A stretch of 32,000 nucleotides of DNA from Methanothermus fervidus DSM 2088. GTDB taxonomy: Archaea > Methanobacteriota > Methanobacteria > DSM-2088 > Methanothermaceae. The notes beneath the pieces were generated by a model. That model did not search any database, was not told the origin of the DNA, and was given only the letters and a program-made list of their open reading frames with translations. The translations under genes were made by a program, and so were the position numbers. Positions 29,154 through 32,000 of this stretch are shown here, in pieces; within the stretch, counting starts at the first letter, position 1, and the number at the start of each line of letters is the position of its first letter. The stretch is taken from NCBI GenBank assembly GCA_000166095.1, contig CP002278.1, positions 1,170,001 through 1,202,000 on the forward strand, in the 5' to 3' direction.

Positions 29154-31151
29154 TCACCAAATATCAATAAACCCATATTCATTCCCTGTATATCTAGCTA
29201 TATACCTAAATTCTCCCCTTGGAGCTATGTATTTACTTATCTCCCTCATCTGTGGATTCAATCCCTCAATTTCATATTTTATTCTTAGATTTAATGGAAT
29301 TCTATATCTTGATGGATTTTTGACAATCATTGTTCCAGATACTGCATATTTAAATGGATATTTACCTAACTCTATTGTTTTTGTTTCATTTGGCTTTAGA
29401 GTTATTGTTAATTCTCTATAGCTGACTTTAGTTCCATTAACTGGATTTGTGTAGATTGAGATGTAATATTTTATGGTTATTGTTGATTTTCCTAAGTTTG
29501 TTAGGGTTATTGTGAAGGTTTTGTTTTGGATTGATGCTTGACTTACAGTTACTGTAACTGGTGTTAGGTTTCCTATTGTAACGTTGTAGGTTCCTGGTTG
29601 TGTTAAGGTGTAAGTGAAGTTTATGTTTATAGTAGTATGTGCTGGCACGAAAACAATTTTATTTGCCACGGCTTGTTTATTTATATATAAAATTGCTGTA
29701 TAGTTACTATCTACGTTAGAAGGATTATTCACTGCTGCATTCACAAATATTGTCAGTGGTACAGTGCCATGTTCTGGAGTAACTGTCAAATTGCTTAGTT
29801 TAAATTCTAAGCCTACAATTTTTCTTACTATATTGTTATTTATATTTGCATCTTTAATGCTTGTACCTATTAAATATTGGTTTTGAGTAGGAATTTCTAC
29901 AACTATCTCTGATCCAGGATTTACATCCCTTTGCCATATGATGGATTGAACTTCAGAAGGAGACAAAGGTCCTATTTCACCTACATATGTTTCATTGTTG
30001 TGTGTAATTTTAATCAAAACTTTGGCGTTAGGATCTATTTTTTTCATGTCGGCCTTTCCATTGTTTTTGACCATTGCCTTTATTTTTCCATCACATATTT
30101 CAATATCTTCAATTGTTAAATCAACAATTAATGGTTTGTAATCTAAATTAACTTTATTATATGTGTAGGGGATATCTCCAATTCCATCTCCATCGCTATC
30201 GTTCCCAAAATAATCTAACCAGTAATTACCTTCGTTAGTAGTGTTCCAATAGTTATTTAATAACTCACCATCTACAGCAATCGAATTATTTAAGAAATAA
30301 TTTTTGTATACATAATTTTTTATTCCCTGGATGGAGAGCCCATATTCACAATTTGTAATAGTATTTAAGCAAATTATATTGTTTGTACAGCCGGTTTTGA
30401 GTGATATTCCTTTATTGCACCCAGCTATATAATTATCAGAAATAGTACAGTTTCTTGCCCCTCCTGTTGCACCGAGATATATACCATTGAAGCTACATAA
30501 GAGAACAACATTTTTTTGGATAATACAGTTATTAGCACAATCAAGGGCAATTCCACATTTACATGATCTAATTATATTTTCAGATATTTCACAAGAATCA
30601 GTGGATCCACCTAATGTTCCTAAATGTATTCCCGCATATTTACATTTCATAATATTATTTCCAATTATCTTGTAATTTTTTGAAAATCCATAAGTAAATA
30701 TTCCTCCAATGATGGTATTATTTTCTATTTTCCAATCCCTTGTGGTTCCATTGATACATATACCACTTCCTGGTTCCTCAGCAGATGTATAAATTATGTT
30801 GTTCCGTATTACACAATTACTTGCATTTAACGCCATTATGGCATAAATACCATTCGTATTAATAATGAAACCTTCTATTGTTATATTATCTGTATTTATG
30901 TAAATAGTGGGAATTGATGGATCCTTAGCTATTATTTTTGCTTTCCCATCGCCTTCCAATGTTATAGATTTGTTAATAACAATGTTTTCACAATATTCTC
31001 CAGGCTTAACAAAAATAATATGCCCATCTTTTGTATCATAATCATCTATTGCAGACTGAATTGACGTAAATGTTTTGTTGTTATTTAGATTTACAACTTC
31101 TGCATGAGCTATAGAAGTTCCTAAAAAACAGATTAAAGCAATAATTAACAT
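29154..31151 (-). CDS. Secreted/surface protein: NosD/pectate-lyase-like right-handed beta-helix plus CARDB/Ig-like domains
   Basis: Signal peptide MLIIALICFLGTSIAHA; NNITIEGFIINTNGIYAIMALNASNCVIRNNII... beta-helix repeats; then KLSNLTVTPEHGTVPLTIFVNAAVNNPSN. Track lists 31202 as start; 31151 is the first ATG at the signal peptide. Confidence 0.8.
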   Translation of the reverse strand: MLIIALICFLGTSIAHAEVVNLNNNKTFTSIQSAIDDYDTKDGHIIFVKPGEYCENIVINKSITLEGDGKAKIIAKDPSIPTIYINTDNITIEGFIINTNGIYAIMALNASNCVIRNNIIYTSAEEPGSGICINGTTRDWKIENNTIIGGIFTYGFSKNYKIIGNNIMKCKYAGIHLGTLGGSTDSCEISENIIRSCKCGIALDCANNCIIQKNVVLLCSFNGIYLGATGGARNCTISDNYIAGCNKGISLKTGCTNNIICLNTITNCEYGLSIQGIKNYVYKNYFLNNSIAVDGELLNNYWNTTNEGNYWLDYFGNDSDGDGIGDIPYTYNKVNLDYKPLIVDLTIEDIEICDGKIKAMVKNNGKADMKKIDPNAKVLIKITHNNETYVGEIGPLSPSEVQSIIWQRDVNPGSEIVVEIPTQNQYLIGTSIKDANINNNIVRKIVGLEFKLSNLTVTPEHGTVPLTIFVNAAVNNPSNVDSNYTAILYINKQAVANKIVFVPAHTTININFTYTLTQPGTYNVTIGNLTPVTVTVSQASIQNKTFTITLTNLGKSTITIKYYISIYTNPVNGTKVSYRELTITLKPNETKTIELGKYPFKYAVSGTMIVKNPSRYRIPLNLRIKYEIEGLNPQMREISKYIAPRGEFRYIARYTGNEYGFIDIW

Positions 31152-31199
31152 TATTTTTTTAATAGTTTCACCTCCAAATAAGTTTTGTTTAAATTTATA

Positions 31200-31227
31200 C
31201 AAGAAAACTTTATATATAACTTTCTTG
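31200..31227. promoter_or_regulatory. TATA-containing imperfect dyad between divergent surface-protein genes
   Basis: CAAGAAAACTTTATATATAACTTTCTTG: outer arms CAAGAAA / TTTCTTG perfect, TATATAT core. Confidence 0.5.
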
Positions 31228-31270
31228 AGATATATTCAAATAGTTTTGAAAATAGATAAATGGTGAGAAA

Positions 31271-32000
31271 ATGAAGGCAAAATCATTTTTAATAATACTT
31301 ACATTGATTATAGCTTTCATCATTAATATTTCACCAGTTTTAGGAATAGAAGTCAAAGGATCTGTGAAGGAAATTTATAATGAAACATCGGACACATACG
31401 TAACTTTAGAAAATGCAATACCTGTCAAAGATGCTAATATAACTTTAATAAAAGACAATGTTGTCCTAAATAAAACTACAACTGATAACAATGGGAAATA
31501 TTTAATAACAGCAAATGCTACTCCGCCCTTAATACTAAAAATAGAATATTCAACATATAAACCAGCGATATTTACTGTAAATAAAGATTGTGAAATAAAT
31601 CATGTTTTTATTCCAGATATTGTAATAATAGGTTGTCCAAAACCATTTGGAGTAGAATTAAGTAAGAGATTAATGTTTTATGATCCTTGGATGCCTGGAG
31701 CTGAAAAAGATTGTTGGATTTTAGAACATGCAAATTTTGCTTTTTTATACATGCAAACACCAGGTACCGGTCAGAAAGACTTTTGGATTCAATATCTTGG
31801 TAATAGTCCTGCTAATAAAACAGGACATATAGCTGCATATGCTGGAATGGGAGAAGAAAGGTATTTCAACATAATTGGGGGTAGTAAAAATTCACTAGAA
31901 AATACATATCTTGCCAGTTATTATGTTTTGGCATCTGGAAATGCTACAAAGATTAATTATGATAGAATGGTCAAATACATAAGTTATTTATTAAATGAAA
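31271..32000 (+). CDS. Large surface protein N-terminus: carboxypeptidase-regulatory-like domain followed by CobN/cobaltochelatase-like region (truncated by window end)
   Basis: Open to end of window: MKAKSFLIILTLIIAFIINISPVLGIEVKGSVKEIYNETSDTYVTLENAIPVKDANITLIKDNVVL...LFYD-type region KRLMFYDPWMPGAEKDCWILEHANFAFLYMQTPGTGQKDFWIQYLG. Confidence 0.6.
   Translation, partial: MKAKSFLIILTLIIAFIINISPVLGIEVKGSVKEIYNETSDTYVTLENAIPVKDANITLIKDNVVLNKTTTDNNGKYLITANATPPLILKIEYSTYKPAIFTVNKDCEINHVFIPDIVIIGCPKPFGVELSKRLMFYDPWMPGAEKDCWILEHANFAFLYMQTPGTGQKDFWIQYLGNSPANKTGHIAAYAGMGEERYFNIIGGSKNSLENTYLASYYVLASGNATKINYDRMVKYISYLLNE

Noticed and set aside
29128-29160. CTGATGA at 29134 as a possible second C box
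   Set aside because: No D, D' or C' boxes at the required distances downstream.
30300-31150. Degenerate repeats in the surface-protein gene as a possible repeat array or CRISPR
   Set aside because: Explained by protein-level beta-helix rungs; spacing and sequence are irregular at the DNA level.
1-32000. Defence island, prophage, transposase or CRISPR array
   Set aside because: No cas, restriction, toxin-antitoxin, integrase or transposase motifs and no regular direct repeats seen; intergenic regions are short and backbone-like.

Overview
AT-rich archaeal chromosomal window. Coenzyme M biosynthesis (comB), a methanogenesis-marker protein, a CobN-like surface protein and an A-type ATPase operon point to a methanogen, probably of the Methanobacteriales. 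The backbone is mostly conserved housekeeping genes: gatB end, DUF504, CBS-ParB, hisE, larB/hypF, ArsR-type regulator, comB, marker 7, TraB, DUF1922, GTPBP-like GTPase, Ncs6/TtuA-like protein, the complete A-ATPase operon H-I-K-E-C-F-A-B-D, a DUF22-like gene, then a hemB / CitG-like / pheS minus-strand cluster and divergent surface-protein genes. I did not find a CRISPR array, transposon, prophage or defence island. Main non-ORF results: (1) a 356-aa intein in the P-loop of AtpA whose LAGLIDADG endonuclease motifs have both lost their catalytic acidic residues; (2) RNase P RNA at 5126-5443 (minus) with a perfect 15-bp closing helix, 19 nt downstream of an initiator tRNA-Met gene and apparently under one promoter; (3) a textbook double-guide C/D box sRNA at about 9772-9824 (plus), antisense to the 3' end of comB; (4) a dyad around the TATA box between two divergent surface-protein genes; (5) a glycosyltransferase with an extracytoplasmic tail carrying two AbrB-like repeats. 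All product names come from reading the translations; no database search was run.
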